Part shown: piece after piece, positions 36,899 to 50,265 of the stretch | Numbering within the stretch: the stretch's first letter is position 1 | Layout: each line of letters starts with the position of its first letter | Assembly: GCF_004010195.1 (NCBI RefSeq) | Contig: NC_057713.1 | Span: 102,648,698-102,712,697 of the forward strand | Direction: 5' to 3' | DNA from: Chiloscyllium plagiosum | Taxonomy: Eukaryota | DNA: 64,000 nucleotides | Position numbers and translations under genes: made by a program | The notes under the pieces: generated by a model | What the model saw: the letters and a program-made list of their open reading frames with translations, nothing else | What the model was told of the DNA's origin: nothing | Database searches by the model: none

Positions 36899-39800
36899 AA
36901 CATAGAACAATACAGCGCAGAACAGGCCCTTCAGTCCTCGATGTTGCGCCGACCTGTGAACTATTCTCAGCTGGTCCCCCTACAATATCCCAAAATCATC
37001 CATGTGCTTATTTAAGGATTGTTTAGATCTCCCTAACGTGGCTGAGTTGACTACATTAGCAGGTAGGGCATTCCACGCACTTATCACTCTCTGCATAAAG
37101 AATCTGCTTCTGACATCTGTCTTAAATCTATCACCCCTCAATTTGTAGTTATATCTCCTCGTACATGCTGGCGCCATCATCCTATGAAAAAGACTTTCAC
37201 TGTCTACTCTATCTAATCCTCTGATCATCTTGTATATCTCTATCAAATCCCCTCTTAGCCTTCTTCTTGCCAATGAGAACAAGTTCAGACTTTCCTCATA
37301 AGACCTTCCCTGCAGACCAGGCAACATCCTGGTAAATCTCCTCTGCATCTTATCCAATGCTTCCACATGCTTTCCAAAATGTGGGGACCAGAACTGTACA
37401 CAATATTCCAAGTTTAGTCACACCAGCATTTTGTATTGTTGCAGCATGATATTGCGGTTCTGGAAGTCCCTCTACGAGTGAAACCTAACACACCATATGC
37501 CTTCTTAACACTATCCACCTGGGTGGCACCTTTCAGGGATCTATGTACATGGAATCCAAGATCCCTCTGCACATCCACACCACCAAGAATCTTTCTGTTG
37601 ACCCAGTACTCTGCCTTCCTGTTATTCTTCCCAAAGTGCATCACCTCACATTTAGCTGCATTGAACTCCATTTGCCACCCCTCAGCCCAATTCTGCAGTT
37701 TATCCAAGTCCCCCTGCAATCTGTAACATTCTTCCAAACTGCCCACTACTCCACCGACTTTAGTGTCATCTGCAAATTTACTAATCCATCCACCTATGCC
37801 TGCATCTAAGTCATTTATAAAAATGACAAACAACAGTCGTCCCAAAACAGATCCTTGTGGCACATCTCTAGTAACCAGACTCCAGGCTGAATATTTTCCA
37901 TCAACCACCACTCGCTGACTTCTTTCAGAAAGCCAGTTTATAATCCAAATTGCTAAATCACCCGCAATTCCATGCCTCTGCACTTTCTCCAACAGCCTAC
38001 CACGTGGAACCTTATCAAAGGCTTTACTGAAGTCCATGTATACCACATTAACTGCCCTCCCCTCATCTACATGCTTGGTCTCCTTCTCAAAAAACTCAAT
38101 GAGGTTTGTGAGACATGACCTGCTCTTGACAAACCATGTTGACTATCTGAAATCAAATTGTTGCTTGCTAGATGATTATAAATCTTATCTCTTATAATTC
38201 TTTCCAAAACCTTTCCTATAACAGAAGGGATTGATAGATTTATAAATTAAAAATATTATATATGAATGCACGAAGCATTAGAAATAATGTGGATGAGCTT
38301 GAGGCTCATTTGGAAATTGGCAGTTACGATGTTGTGGGGATAACTGAGACGTGGCTTCAAGTGGACAGGGCTTGAGAAATGAATATTCAAGGCTATATGT
38401 GCTTTCGTAAGGACAGACTGACTGGCAGAGGGGGTGGGGTGGCCCTGTTGGTAAGGAATGATATTCAGTCCCTTGCGCGGGGGGACCTAGAATCAGGGGA
38501 TGTAGAGTCAGAATAAGGAGCTGAAATTGGCCTGTTGCAAATATATTACTACAGTTGTTATGGGGGATTTCAACATACAGATAGTCTGGGAGAATCAGGA
38601 TGGTACTGGACCCCAAGAAAGGGAATTTGTGGAATGTCTCCGATTCTTAGAACAGCTTGTGCTGGAGCCTACCAGGGAGAAAGCAATTCTGGATCTGGTG
38701 TTGTGCAACGAACCGGATTTGATCAGGGACCTCGAAGTAAAGGAGCCATTAGGAGGTGGTGACCACAATACAATAAGCTTTAATCTGCAGTTTGAAAGGG
38801 AGAGGTAGAATCGGAAGTGACAATGTTTCAATTGAATAAGGGGAACTATGGAGCTATGAGGGAGGAGCTGGCCAAAGTTCAATAGTGCAATACTCTAGCA
38901 GGGATGGCAGTGGAACAACAATGGTAGCTATTTCTGGGTATAATGCAGAAGATGCAGGGTCAGTTCATTCCAAAAAGGAAGAAAGATCCTAAGGGGAGGT
39001 AGGGGTGGCCGTGGCTGACGAGGGAAGTTAAGGACCATATAAAGACAAAAGGGAAAAAGTATATCATAGCAAAGATGAGTGGGAAATTGGAGTACCGGGA
39101 AGCTTTTAAAGAACAACAGAGGATAACTAAAAAGCAAATACGCAAAGAAAAAATAAGGTACGAAGGGATTCTGGCCAAAAATATAAAGGAGGATGGTAAA
39201 GGCTTTTTTAGGTATGTAAAAAGAAAAAAAATGGTTAAGACTAAAATTGGACCCTTGAAGACAGAAACAGATGAATATATTACAGGGAACCAAGAATTGG
39301 CAGAAGAGTTGAATTGATACTTTAGATCTTTCTTCACTGGGGAAGACACAAGCAATCTCCCAGATGTAATAGTGGCTGAAGGACCTGAACTGAAGGGAAT
39401 TTATATTAGGCAGGAAATGGTGTTGGAGAGACTGTTAGGTCTGAAGACTGGTAAGTCCCTGGGAACTGATGGTCTGCATCCCAGGGTACTGAAGGACATG
39501 GCTCTAGAAATCGTGGATGCATTGGTGATCATTTTCCAATGTTCTATAGATTCAGGATCAGTTCGTGCGGATTGGGGGGTGGCTAATGTTGTCCCACTTT
39601 TTAAGAAAGGAGGGAGAGAGAAAACAGAGAATTATAGACCAGTTAGTCTGACCTCAGTGGTGGGAAAANNNNNNNNNNNNNNNNNNNNNNNNNNNNNNNN
39701 NNNNNNNNNNNNNNNNNNNNNNNNNNGGAATGGCAGGCAGTGACCAGTGGGGTACCGCAGGGATCAGTGCTGGGACCGCAGCTTTTTACAATGTACATTA

Positions 39801-42800
39801 ATGATATAGATGAAGGTATTAAAAGTAATATTAGCAAATTTGCTGATGACACAAAGCTGGGTAGTAGAGTGAAATGTGAGGAGGATGTTAGGATAATACA
39901 GGGTGACCTGGACAGGCTAGGTGAGTGGACAGATGCATGGCAGATGCAGTTTAATGTGGATAAATGTGTGGTTATCCACTTTGGTGGCAAGAACAGGAAG
40001 GCAAATTACTACCTAAATTGAGTCAAGTTAGGTAAAAGGGCAATACAACGAGATCTAGGTGTTCTTGTACATCAGTCAATAAAAGCAAGCATGCAGGTAC
40101 AGCAGGCAGAGAAGAAAGCTAATAGCATGCTAACCTTCATAATAAGAGGAATTGGGTATAGAAGCAAAGAAGTCCTTCTGCAGCTGAACAGGGCCATGGT
40201 GAGACCGCACCTGGAATATTGTGCGCAGTTTTGGTCTCCAAATTTGAGGAAAGACATTCTGGCTATTGAGGGAGTGCAGTGTAGGTTCACGAGGTCAATT
40301 CCTGAAATGGCGGGACTATCTTACGCTGAAAGATTGGAATGACTGGGCTTGTATACACTTGAGTTTAGAAGGCTGAGAGGGGATCTGGTTGAGACGTATA
40401 AGATTATGAAAGGATTGGATACTCTGGAAGAAGGAAGCATGTTTCTGCTGATGGGTGAGTCCCGAACCAGAGGATACAGTTTAAAAATAAGGGGTAGGCC
40501 ACTTAGAACAGAGTTGAGGAGAAACGTCTTCACCCAGAGAGTGGTGGGTTTATGGAATGCTCTGCCCCAGAAGGCTGTGGAGGCCAAGTGTCTGGATACT
40601 TTCAAGAAATAGTTGGATAGAGCTCTTAAGGATAGTGGAATCAAGGGCTATGGGGATAAGGCAGGAACAGGATACTGATTGAGGATGATCAGCCATGATC
40701 ATAATGAATGGCGGTGCTGGCTCGAAGGGCAGAATGGCCTACTCCTGCACCTATTATCTATAAGTAAGGCTCACCGGTCTATAATAACTTGGGTCATCTC
40801 TACTGCCCTTCTTGAATAAGGGCGCAAAATTTCCAATCCTCCAGTCCTCTGGTAGTAAACCTGTAGACAATGACGACTCAAATATCAAAGCCACGGGCTC
40901 TGCTATCTTCTCCCTAGCTTCCCAGAGGATCCTCGGATAAATCCCATCTGGCCCAGGGGACTTGTCTACTTTCAGTCCTTCTAGAATTGATAACACCTGT
41001 TCATATTTAACCTCAATCCTTTCTAGTCTAATATCGCGTAGCTCATTCTTCTCCTCTACAATATTCTCATTTTCCTGAGTGAAAACCGATGAGAAATATT
41101 CATTTAGCACCTCTCCAATCTCCGTAGGGTCCACACTCAACTTCCCACTTCTGTCTTTGACTGGCCCTATTCCTACCCTAATCATCCTTTTATTCCTCAC
41201 ATACCTATAGAAAGCTTTAGGGTTCTCCTTTATTCTATTTGTTAAAGACTGCTCGTGTCCTCTCTTTGCTCTTCTTAACGCTCTCTTTAAATGCTTCCTA
41301 GCTGATCTGTAACTCTCTATCGCCTCATCTGAACCATCTTGCCTCATCAACTCATAAGCCTCCTTCTTCTTCTTATCAAGAGATGCAATTTCTGTAGTAA
41401 ACCACGGTTCCCTTACCTTATCACTTCCTCCCTGCCTGACAGGGACATACCTATCAAGTCACGCAATATCTGTCCCTTAAACCAGCTCCACATTTCCATT
41501 GTCTGCATTCCCTGCATTTTGCTACCCCATTCTATGCATCCTAATTCTTGCCTAACCGCATTATAATTGACCTTGCCCCATTGATAATTCTTGACCTGTG
41601 GCATGTACCTATCCCTTTCCATTGCTAAACTAAACGTAACTGAATTATGGTCACTCTCTCCAAAGTGCTTACTTACAGCTAAATCAAACACCTGGCCTGG
41701 TTCATTACCAAGCACCAGGTGCAGTGTGGCCTCCCTTCTTGTCGGCCCTTTGACATACTGTGTCAGGAAACCCTCCTGTACACATTGGACAAAAACTGAT
41801 CCATCCAACGTACTAGAGTTATAGCATTTCCAGTCAATGTTGGAGAAGTTAAAGATCCCCCATAATGACCACCCTGTTCTTTCACTCCTACCCAGAATAA
41901 TTTTGCTAATCCTCTCTTCCACCTCCCTGGAACTCTGCAGAGGCCTATAAAAAACTCCAAGCAATGTGACCTCTCCTGTCCTGTTTCTAACCTCAGCCCA
42001 CATTACCTCAGTAGACGAGACGTCATCTAAAGTTCTCTCAGCCACTGTTACGCTATCCTTGACTAACAAGGCCATACGTCCTCTTCTTTTACCGCCTCGC
42101 CTGTTCTTAATGAAAGATCTAAACCCTGGAACCTGCAACATCCATTCTTCATCCTGCTCTATTCATGTCTCCGAAATGGCCACAACATCGAAGTCCCAGG
42201 TATCTATCCATGCTGCAAGCTCATCTACCTTATTTCGGAAACTTCTGGCGTTGAAGTAGACACACTTCAAACCAGTTTGCTGTCTGCCAGCACATTCCTG
42301 TGGCCCTGAAATCCTGTCCCTGTCCTTCCTACTCTCATCCTCCTGTGTACTGCAACTACACCTCCAGTTCCCATCCCCCCGCTGAGCTAGTTTAAACCCA
42401 CCTGAATAGACCAGCAAATTTCCCACCCAGGATATTAGTTCAAGTGAAGACTGTCCTGTTTGTACAAGTCCCACCTTCCCCAGAATGAGCCCCAATTATC
42501 CAAAAACCTGAAACCCTCCCTCCTGTACCATCCTTGCAGCCACATGTTCAGCTGATATCTCTCCTTATTCCTTGCCTTGCTATCACGTGGCACGGGTAAC
42601 AAACCAGAGTTAACAACTCTGTTTGTTCTAGCTCTCAGCTTCCACCCTAGCTCCCTGCCTTACATCCCTATTCCTCTTTCTACCAGAGTCCATTGGTACC
42701 TACATGGACAACAACTTGAGGCTGGTCACCCTCTCCCTTCAGGACCCCAAAGATACAATCCGAGACATCACAGACCTTGGCACCTGTGAGGCAACACACC

Positions 42801-42868
42801 AACCGTGAGTCTCATTCGCTCCGAACAAACCTTCTATCTGAGCCTCTAACTATTGAGTCCACAATGAC
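36899..42868 (-). mobile_element. CR1 LINE nested in L1 ORF2 (parts 40762-42868 and 36899-38227)
   Basis: Endonuclease CVYFNARSFRNKVDEL, linker KSPGPDGIYPRILWE, RT VPQGSVLG and FADDTK. Frame YRPVSLT|SVIGKVLE rejoins across the inner insertion. Confidence 0.9.
38228..40761 (+). mobile_element. Second CR1 LINE nested inside the first, opposite orientation (contains N gap 39669-39726)
   Basis: MGDFNIQIVW, AILDLVLCNEP, NYRPVSLTSVVGK, VPQGSVLGP, FADDTKLG, complete 3' end. Confidence 0.9.
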
Positions 42869-45800
42869 TAGCAAGCGTTTCTGGTGCCATATGAGCCCTA
42901 TATAAGATCTTCAATTGCATAGCCTGTGCTCTGTTACATACTGAAATTTTCCTTACATTTCCCCAGATATCTTCCCATATCTCCAGTGAAATGTCCTGTC
43001 CTAACTCCCGGTTCCACGTCTTATGGAGTAGCTCCATATCCCCCAGAGCATGGCCTTTCTGTAAATAATAAAATGTACCAAGTGAAAGAGTACTCATATG
43101 CTGGAGTCCCTTTTCTCTACACCTGATTTATAACATTGGGCCAGGAGTGTGGTCTTCCTCTGTATATAGTCCCTTATCTGGAAGTATCGGAAAAGGTCCT
43201 TATTGGATAATCCATATTTCTGACTTAACTGACTGAATGACAAAAGGACCTCTTCCCTCCAACAAATCTCCCAGACATAGAATTCCTTTGTTCTCCCATG
43301 TCTTAAAGCCAGAGTCCATTGCCCCAGGTTGAAATCCTTGGGCTCCTACCAACGAGGTAAATGGCAAAGTCTTAAACCAATTGCCCTCATCTTGCCACAT
43401 TATCCTCCAAGCTTTCACCGTAATCGAGATATTTGGACTATTGCATTACTGGGTCATTGATTTCATCTTGTCCATAAATAATAAATTAATTAGAGGACAT
43501 TTCGACTGTGAGGCTTCAATATCAAGCCATATCAATTCTGAATTCCCTCGGTACCCAGTCATCAACATACGTTAACAAAGCATTTATTTGATATTTCTTC
43601 AAATCCAGAAGATCCACCCCTCCTTCCAGCTTGCAAAAGCTGAAATTTAGTGAATTTAATTAGAGGACGTCTATGGCACCAAATAAAGGACCCTAGCCAA
43701 CTATTAATCCTCTGTAATACTTATCTAGATAACAGTAATGGGAGCATTCTTGTGGGATATAGCAATCGGGAAAGGACATTCATCTTAATCAGAGCTATTC
43801 GGCCCAGCCATGATAATGGTAATCACTCCCATTGCTGCAAATCCTGTTTTATCCTCTCTAGTAATTGTACAAAGTTAGCCTTATATAGCAGGTGGGAGGA
43901 AGGGGTAATAAAAATTCCCAAATACAGGGTATCTTTTGGTGACCACCTAAACAGGAATTGCTTTTTATTCTTCAAGTTAGGCATCTCCACTAACCCCACT
44001 ATCCTATAACCTGAAAAACTATCATATGAATTAATTGTTTGGATCAGTCGGAGAATAGACTTCTCCAGTTCGGCCAAGAATAAAGGGACATCATCAGCAT
44101 ATGGGGTAATCTGATGTTCCCCCATTCCCACGTTTGGCGCTACTATTTCAAAGTCTCTTCTAATAGTTTCGGCTAATGGTTCAATTGCCAAGTGATAAAG
44201 GGCACCCCTGTTGACTACCTCTTCTAATATTAAAATTATTTGACTGAATACCATACTGCTACCCATCTGGCAAAGGATCCCCTCAAACCAAGACGCTCTA
44301 GAACCTCAAATAGAGATGGCCATTCTATCTGATCAAAGGCTTTTTCTGCATCTAAGGAGACCACCTACCCTGGAATCAATCTTTGCTGACATACCTGTAC
44401 GGTATTCAGTACTCTCCTAATATTGTTAGAGGGACTGCGGCCCTTAATAATATCTATCTGGTCTTCTTTTATAATACGGGACAAAACCTTCTCCAACCTC
44501 AGAGCCAACATCTTCGATAAAATTTTGACAACTTCATTCAGTAGTGAGATTGGTCTCATTGAAGTACATTCTTCGGGGTTTGTCTCTTCCTTTAAAATAA
44601 AGGATATTTTAGCTTCTGTAAGAGTAGACAGCAGACAATCCTGTTTATAAGAGTATTTATACATCCCCAGAAGTGGTTCCACTAATATGTTTATGAATTC
44701 CTTATAAAATTCAGTTGGGAATCCATCTGACCTCGTTGCTTTGCCACTTTGGAGATGTCTTATTGCTTCCTGCACTTCCTGTACTGTTAGGGGCGCATTC
44801 AAAAGGGAAGCCTGCTCCTTACTCACATTGGGGAGGTCCAGATTTTCAAAGAAGGACTGCATTCCCATTGTACTATGTTCGCTTTCCTCCAACCGATATA
44901 ACACATCAAAATATTCCCTAAACCTAGCATTGATCTTTTTTGAATCACGGGTAATTGTACCAGTCTTCTCCCTGACAGAGATAATAGATTGGGAGGCTTG
45001 TTTTTCTCCTTGCTAAATAATCCAGATGTTTACCAGGCTTATCTCTGAATTCAAACAGTCTTTGTTTGGTAAAGGAGACCTCTTTTTTTAGCCACTTGTG
45101 TGTGTATTGAGTCGAGGGCAACCCGGAGAGCTGTGACCCGCTGAAGTTTAACCAATGACGGTTTTTTATAATTATGTTTCAGCTACCTTCAGTCAGGCCT
45201 CCAGCAAACTCCTGCTGCTCCTCCCTCTGCCTTTTTCTAGTCATTGAATATGAAATAATCAGACCTTATAAATATGCCTTAGTGGTCTCCCAAAGTATTG
45301 CTGGATTACTAGCTGTACCTGAATTAATATCCCAAAAGGTCCTGAATTCCCTTGTAATATATTCAATAAATTTACTATCCCCTAACAAAAATGAATCCAT
45401 GCTCCAGTCACGTGCATTTGTTCCACTGCCCTTGGCTTTAATATTTAAGTATACTGGTGCATGATCCGAAGCAGCTATATTCCCTATTTTACACACAAAT
45501 ATTCTGTCCAGACCATCAGATGGCATAAAAAACATATCAATTTGCTTATGACATTTGTGTGGGTTGGAATACAATGTGAAATCCCTTCCATTAGGGTGGG
45601 GTTACCACTACACATCCACTTTTCCCAACTCATCACACATGTCCACGAACCATTTAGACTGCCAGGCCTTTGGCACCTTGTCAATCTCTGAATCTATAAA
45701 TCTTCTCCAATAATCATACAATGAACCCGAAGATTCAATAATTTAGCCCCTGCATCAATTAGAAATTTAAGAGGGTGCGCCGGGGGACAATATACATTCA

Positions 45801-48044
45801 GAACACCATATTCTTCTCCATGTATTAGGGCTTTCAAAATAATAAACCTTCCATGATCATCCTTAATCTGCTCCATTACTTGGAAGGGTAGGTTCCTTCT
45901 TATCAGTATAGCTACCCATCTATTCTTAGAACTGAAGGATGAGAAAAATACCTTGTCACAACCACCCCACCCCACACCACCTCCCTCACCCCCAATGTTG
46001 TAGTTTCAAATGCTCCTTGTCAGTTAGGTGCGTCTCTTGCAGCAGGGCAATATCCACCCTTTCCTTCCTGAGGCTCGACATGACCTTCTTTCTTTTAACA
46101 GGAGAATGTCTCCCTTTTATATTCCAGGTGCACGACCTGAACAAATCACTAGCCATGGTCAACTAGAACAGCCCGTGGTTTCCCAGGAAGAAGTAACTTA
46201 CCTGAGGCGTGATGAGTTACAAAGATACTAACTCGATGAAATCTAAGAACTATTCCTATAGATCTAAGAAAATAACACTACATTTAACTGAAGCAAATAC
46301 CCAAATAATCCCCCATTCACTCAGGATCTTCCCTCTGCCCATAGGAGGCACCCTTCCCAATCCCTATTACCATCTTAACTCCCTCTAGCTGAGGCTGTGC
46401 CCTAGCCCCAGGCAATTCACAAATAATAAAGACTTGTTATTTACATTCTGAAACAGTGGATACCTCTCCCCCACCCCACCCCCACCCCTGCCCCATATCT
46501 TAGTCAGAAATATAGTCACCCCAAATGCAAAATCAAAGAAATGGCATTAAAAAGAAGGATCCTAGCTATTACCCAGCCAACCGATATATAAAATAGTTCC
46601 AATTTAACAAATTTAAAACAAAAGCATATATGTACAACCAATAATCACAAAAAAGGGGACGAGGGAAAGTGGGGGGGGGGGGGGGTAATTTGGAAAAAAA
46701 ATGCAAACCAATGTTCCCAATAATGCCCCCTCCCCTCTCATCCCAATTCAGGTCCTTGCCTTTTCAGCAGAGTCAAAGTCATATACTGATCCCCCATGTG
46801 TTTTACGCAACATGGCCAGGTACCTCATGGAGTATTGGATATTTAAGTTCCGTAATTCTTTTTTATCATCATCAGGGCTCCTGAGAAATCTTGAAAAAAC
46901 ATTATCTTTGAACGTTTATACATTAAGACTTGTGAATTCTTTCCCAATCTTCTTACTGCTTCCACTATTTACTGTTTTTCTTTTTAATACATGAGCTGCA
47001 CTACGACCACACAGGGGTGCTGTTCCAGCCCGGACCTGCGTGTTGTGATCCAGTCGGCCTGCTCCACACTTACGAGGTTAAAAATCACACAACACCAGGT
47101 TATAGTCCAACAGGTTTAATTGGTTTAATTGTCAACATATTGTCTAGCTATCACCATTGTTAACAGCTAACCCGAGAATGCAACTTTACAAAAAAGGGTT
47201 TTGTGATTTACACATGAAAGACGGCATCTCCAAATCACACTTACCAGGCCCGACTCCAACTATAGCTGCAGAAACCTTGGGAGCCATCCCTCTAGGAAGC
47301 CAGTGAGATCCTTGCCTTCATCACACTCCGGGAGGCCCAGGATCCGTAAGTTTTTACTTCTATTTTTATTTTCTAGATTATTGACTTGATCCTGAAGGAA
47401 CCGAACCTGGTCTTCCAGTGTTCGGGTCCTTCCTCCTGAGACTTCAACCAGGGTCTCCAATGTCGTGGTCCTTTCCTTCACTGCCTCCAATCTTCGTTCC
47501 AGGAGTTGCATTTCCTTCTCATGCTTTTTTAGCATGGCAGACAGTGGCTCCACTGCTGCTTGAATCCAAGCAAACTCTGAGAGTAAGTACTGCTGTCCTG
47601 CTGGATCCAAAGGGGCCATCCGGGGAGACTGAGTACTGGCTGCAGGCACCCCCGATGCAGTAGGGGAGTGCCCTGTCTGCTAACCTCCTTTAGGCCCCTT
47701 TCCTTTACCGGTCTTCATCCTGGCCTGAAGGTGTCTCAGGTGAAATCATCAGTAAGTTTAAATTAATACTTTTTCCTCCTTGGGGTGGTTAAAAAAATGG
47801 GGTAAAGGTCCATTTTGCCCAGGGGTATGGCAGAGAGCTCAGCACAGCAGACCACTCAGACTGCCGCCATCTTGGATCCCCCGAAGCAGAAAAGTTAAAG
47901 ACCCACCCTCTGATGACATTGAAAAGCAAAATCAATTCTTTAGCACAGTTCGAATTTAGGAATGCCCAAGCATTTTACAAATCTCAGAATACCGAAGAGA
48001 GACGATGGCTCAGTGATATTGGCACCAGATTATTAATCCAGACT

Positions 48045-50265
48045 GGTCACAGGTCTCTATTCTGAAAAACAACCATCCACCACCAACCTCTGTCTTCTAC
48101 CTTTGAGCCAACTAGCAGTAGCAAGTGGCTAGTTCTCCCTGTATTCCATGAGATCTAACCTTGCTCACCAGTCTCCCATGAGGAACCTTGTTGAACGCCT
48201 TACTGAAGTCCATATAGATCACATCTACCGCTCTGCCCTCATCAATCCTCTTTGTCACTGCTTCAAAAAACTCAATCAAGTTTGTGAGACATGATTTCCC
48301 ACACACAAAGCCATGTTGACTATTCCTAATCAGTCCTTGCCTTCCCAAATACTTTTACATCCTGTCCCTCAGGATTCCCTCCAACAACTTGCCCACCATC
48401 AACATCAGGCTCAATGGTCTATAGTTCCCTGGCTTGTCCTTACTGCCCTTCTTAAAAGGTGGCACCACGTTAGCCAACATCCAGTCTTCTGGCACCTCAT
48501 CTGTGACTATTGATGATACAAATATTTCAGCAAGAAGCCCATCAATCACTTCCCTAGCTTCCCACAGAGTTTTAGGGTACACCTGATCAAGTCCTGGAGA
48601 TTTATCCACTTTTAAGCATTTCAAGTAATCCAGCACTTCCTCCTCTGTAATATGGACATTTTTCAAGATGTCACCATCTATTTCCCTACATTCTATATCT
48701 TCCATGTCCTTTTCCACAGTAAATACTGATGCAAAATACTAATTTAGTATCTCCCTCATTTTCTGCGGCACCACACAAAGGCCACCTTGCTGATCTTTGA
48801 GGGGCCCCATTCTTTCTGTAGTTACCCTTTTGTCTTTAATGTATTTATAAAAACCCTTTGGATTCTCCTTAATTCTATTTGCCAAAGCTATCTCATGTCC
48901 CCTTTTTGCCCTCCTGATTTCCCTCTTAGGTATATGTGTTGTTTTTCAGACTGGAGGCCTGTGACCAGTGGAGTGCCACAAGGATCGGTGGTGGGTCCTC
49001 TACTTTCTGTCATTTATATAAATGATTTGGTTGTGAGCATAAGAGGTATAGTTTGTAAGTTTGCAGATGACACCAAAATCGGAGATGTAGTGGACAGCGA
49101 AGAAGGTTATCTCAGATTACAACAGGATCTTGATCAGATGGCCAATGGGCTGAGAAGTGGCAGATGAAGTTTAATTCAGATAAATGCGAGGTGCTGCATT
49201 TTGGGAACGCAAATCATGGCAGGACTCATACACTTAATGGTAAGGTCCTAGGAAGTGTTGCTGAACAAAGAGACCTTGGCGCGCAGGTTCATTGCTCCTT
49301 GAAAGTGGAGTCGCAGGTTGATAGTATAGTGAAGAAGGCATTTGGTATGCTTTCCTTTATCAGTCAGAGTATTGGGTACAGGAGTTGGAAGGTAATGTTG
49401 TGACTGTACAGGACATTGGTTACCCACTGTTGGAATATTGCATGCAATTCTGGTCTCCTTATCAGAACGATGTTGTGAAATGTGAAACGGTTCAGAAAAG
49501 ATTTAAAAGCATGCTGCTGGGGTTGGAGGATTTGAGCTATAGGGAGATGCTGAACAGGCTGAGTCTGTTTTCCCTAGAGTGTTGGAGGCTGAGCGGTGAC
49601 CTTATAGAGGTTTACAAAATTATGAGGGGCATGGACAGGATAAATAGACAAAGTCATTTCCCTGGGGTCAGGGAGTCCAGAGGGCATAGGTTTAGGGTGA
49701 GAGGGGAAAGATATAAAAGAGATCTAAGGGGCAACTTTTTCACACAGAGGATGGTACGTGTATGGAATGACCTGCCAGAGGATGAGGTGGAGGCTGGTAA
49801 AATTGCAATATTTAAAAGGCATTTGGATGGGTATAAGAATAGGAAGGGTTTGGAGGGATATGGGCTGGCAGATGAACGAGATCAGGTTGGGATATCTGGT
49901 TGGCATGGACAGGTTGGACTGAAGGGTCTGTTTCCATGCTGTACATCTCTATGACTATGACTCTACTGCCTTTATACTCTTCTAAGGATTCACTCAATCT
50001 ATCCTGTCTATACCTGACATATGCTTCCTTCTTTTTCTTAACCAAACCCTCAATTTCTTTAGTCATCCAGCATTCCTTATACCTCCCAGCCTTTCGTTTC
50101 ATCCTAACAGGAATATACTGTCTCTGGATTCTTGTTATCTCATTTCTGAAGGCTTCACTTTTTCAATCTGCCCCTTTCCCTGCAAACATCTGCCCCGAAT
50201 CATCTTTTGAAAGTTTTTGCCTAATACTGTCAAAATTGGCCTTTCTTCAATTTAGAACTTTGAGT
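48045..50265. mobile_element. Minus-strand CR1 fragment with a plus-strand CR1 (about 48934-49963) nested in it
   Basis: Minus ORFs 48112-48717 and 49965-50260. Plus-strand VPQGSVVGP, FADDTKIG and CTATGACT tail. Confidence 0.85.

Larger units (their letters stand above)
36071..47882 (-). mobile_element. Near full-length degenerate L1 (LINE-1) interrupted by nested CR1s
   Basis: 5' end GGGGGATCCAAGATGGCGGC. ORF1 ENKNRSKNLRILGLPE (47260-47649). Endonuclease (45266-45975). RT RPISLLN and YADD (43823-44904). Cys-rich C-terminus (36630-36881). AATAAA plus A tail. TSD GAAGCA(A/G)AAAAGTT at 36057-36070 and 47883-47896. Confidence 0.9.
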
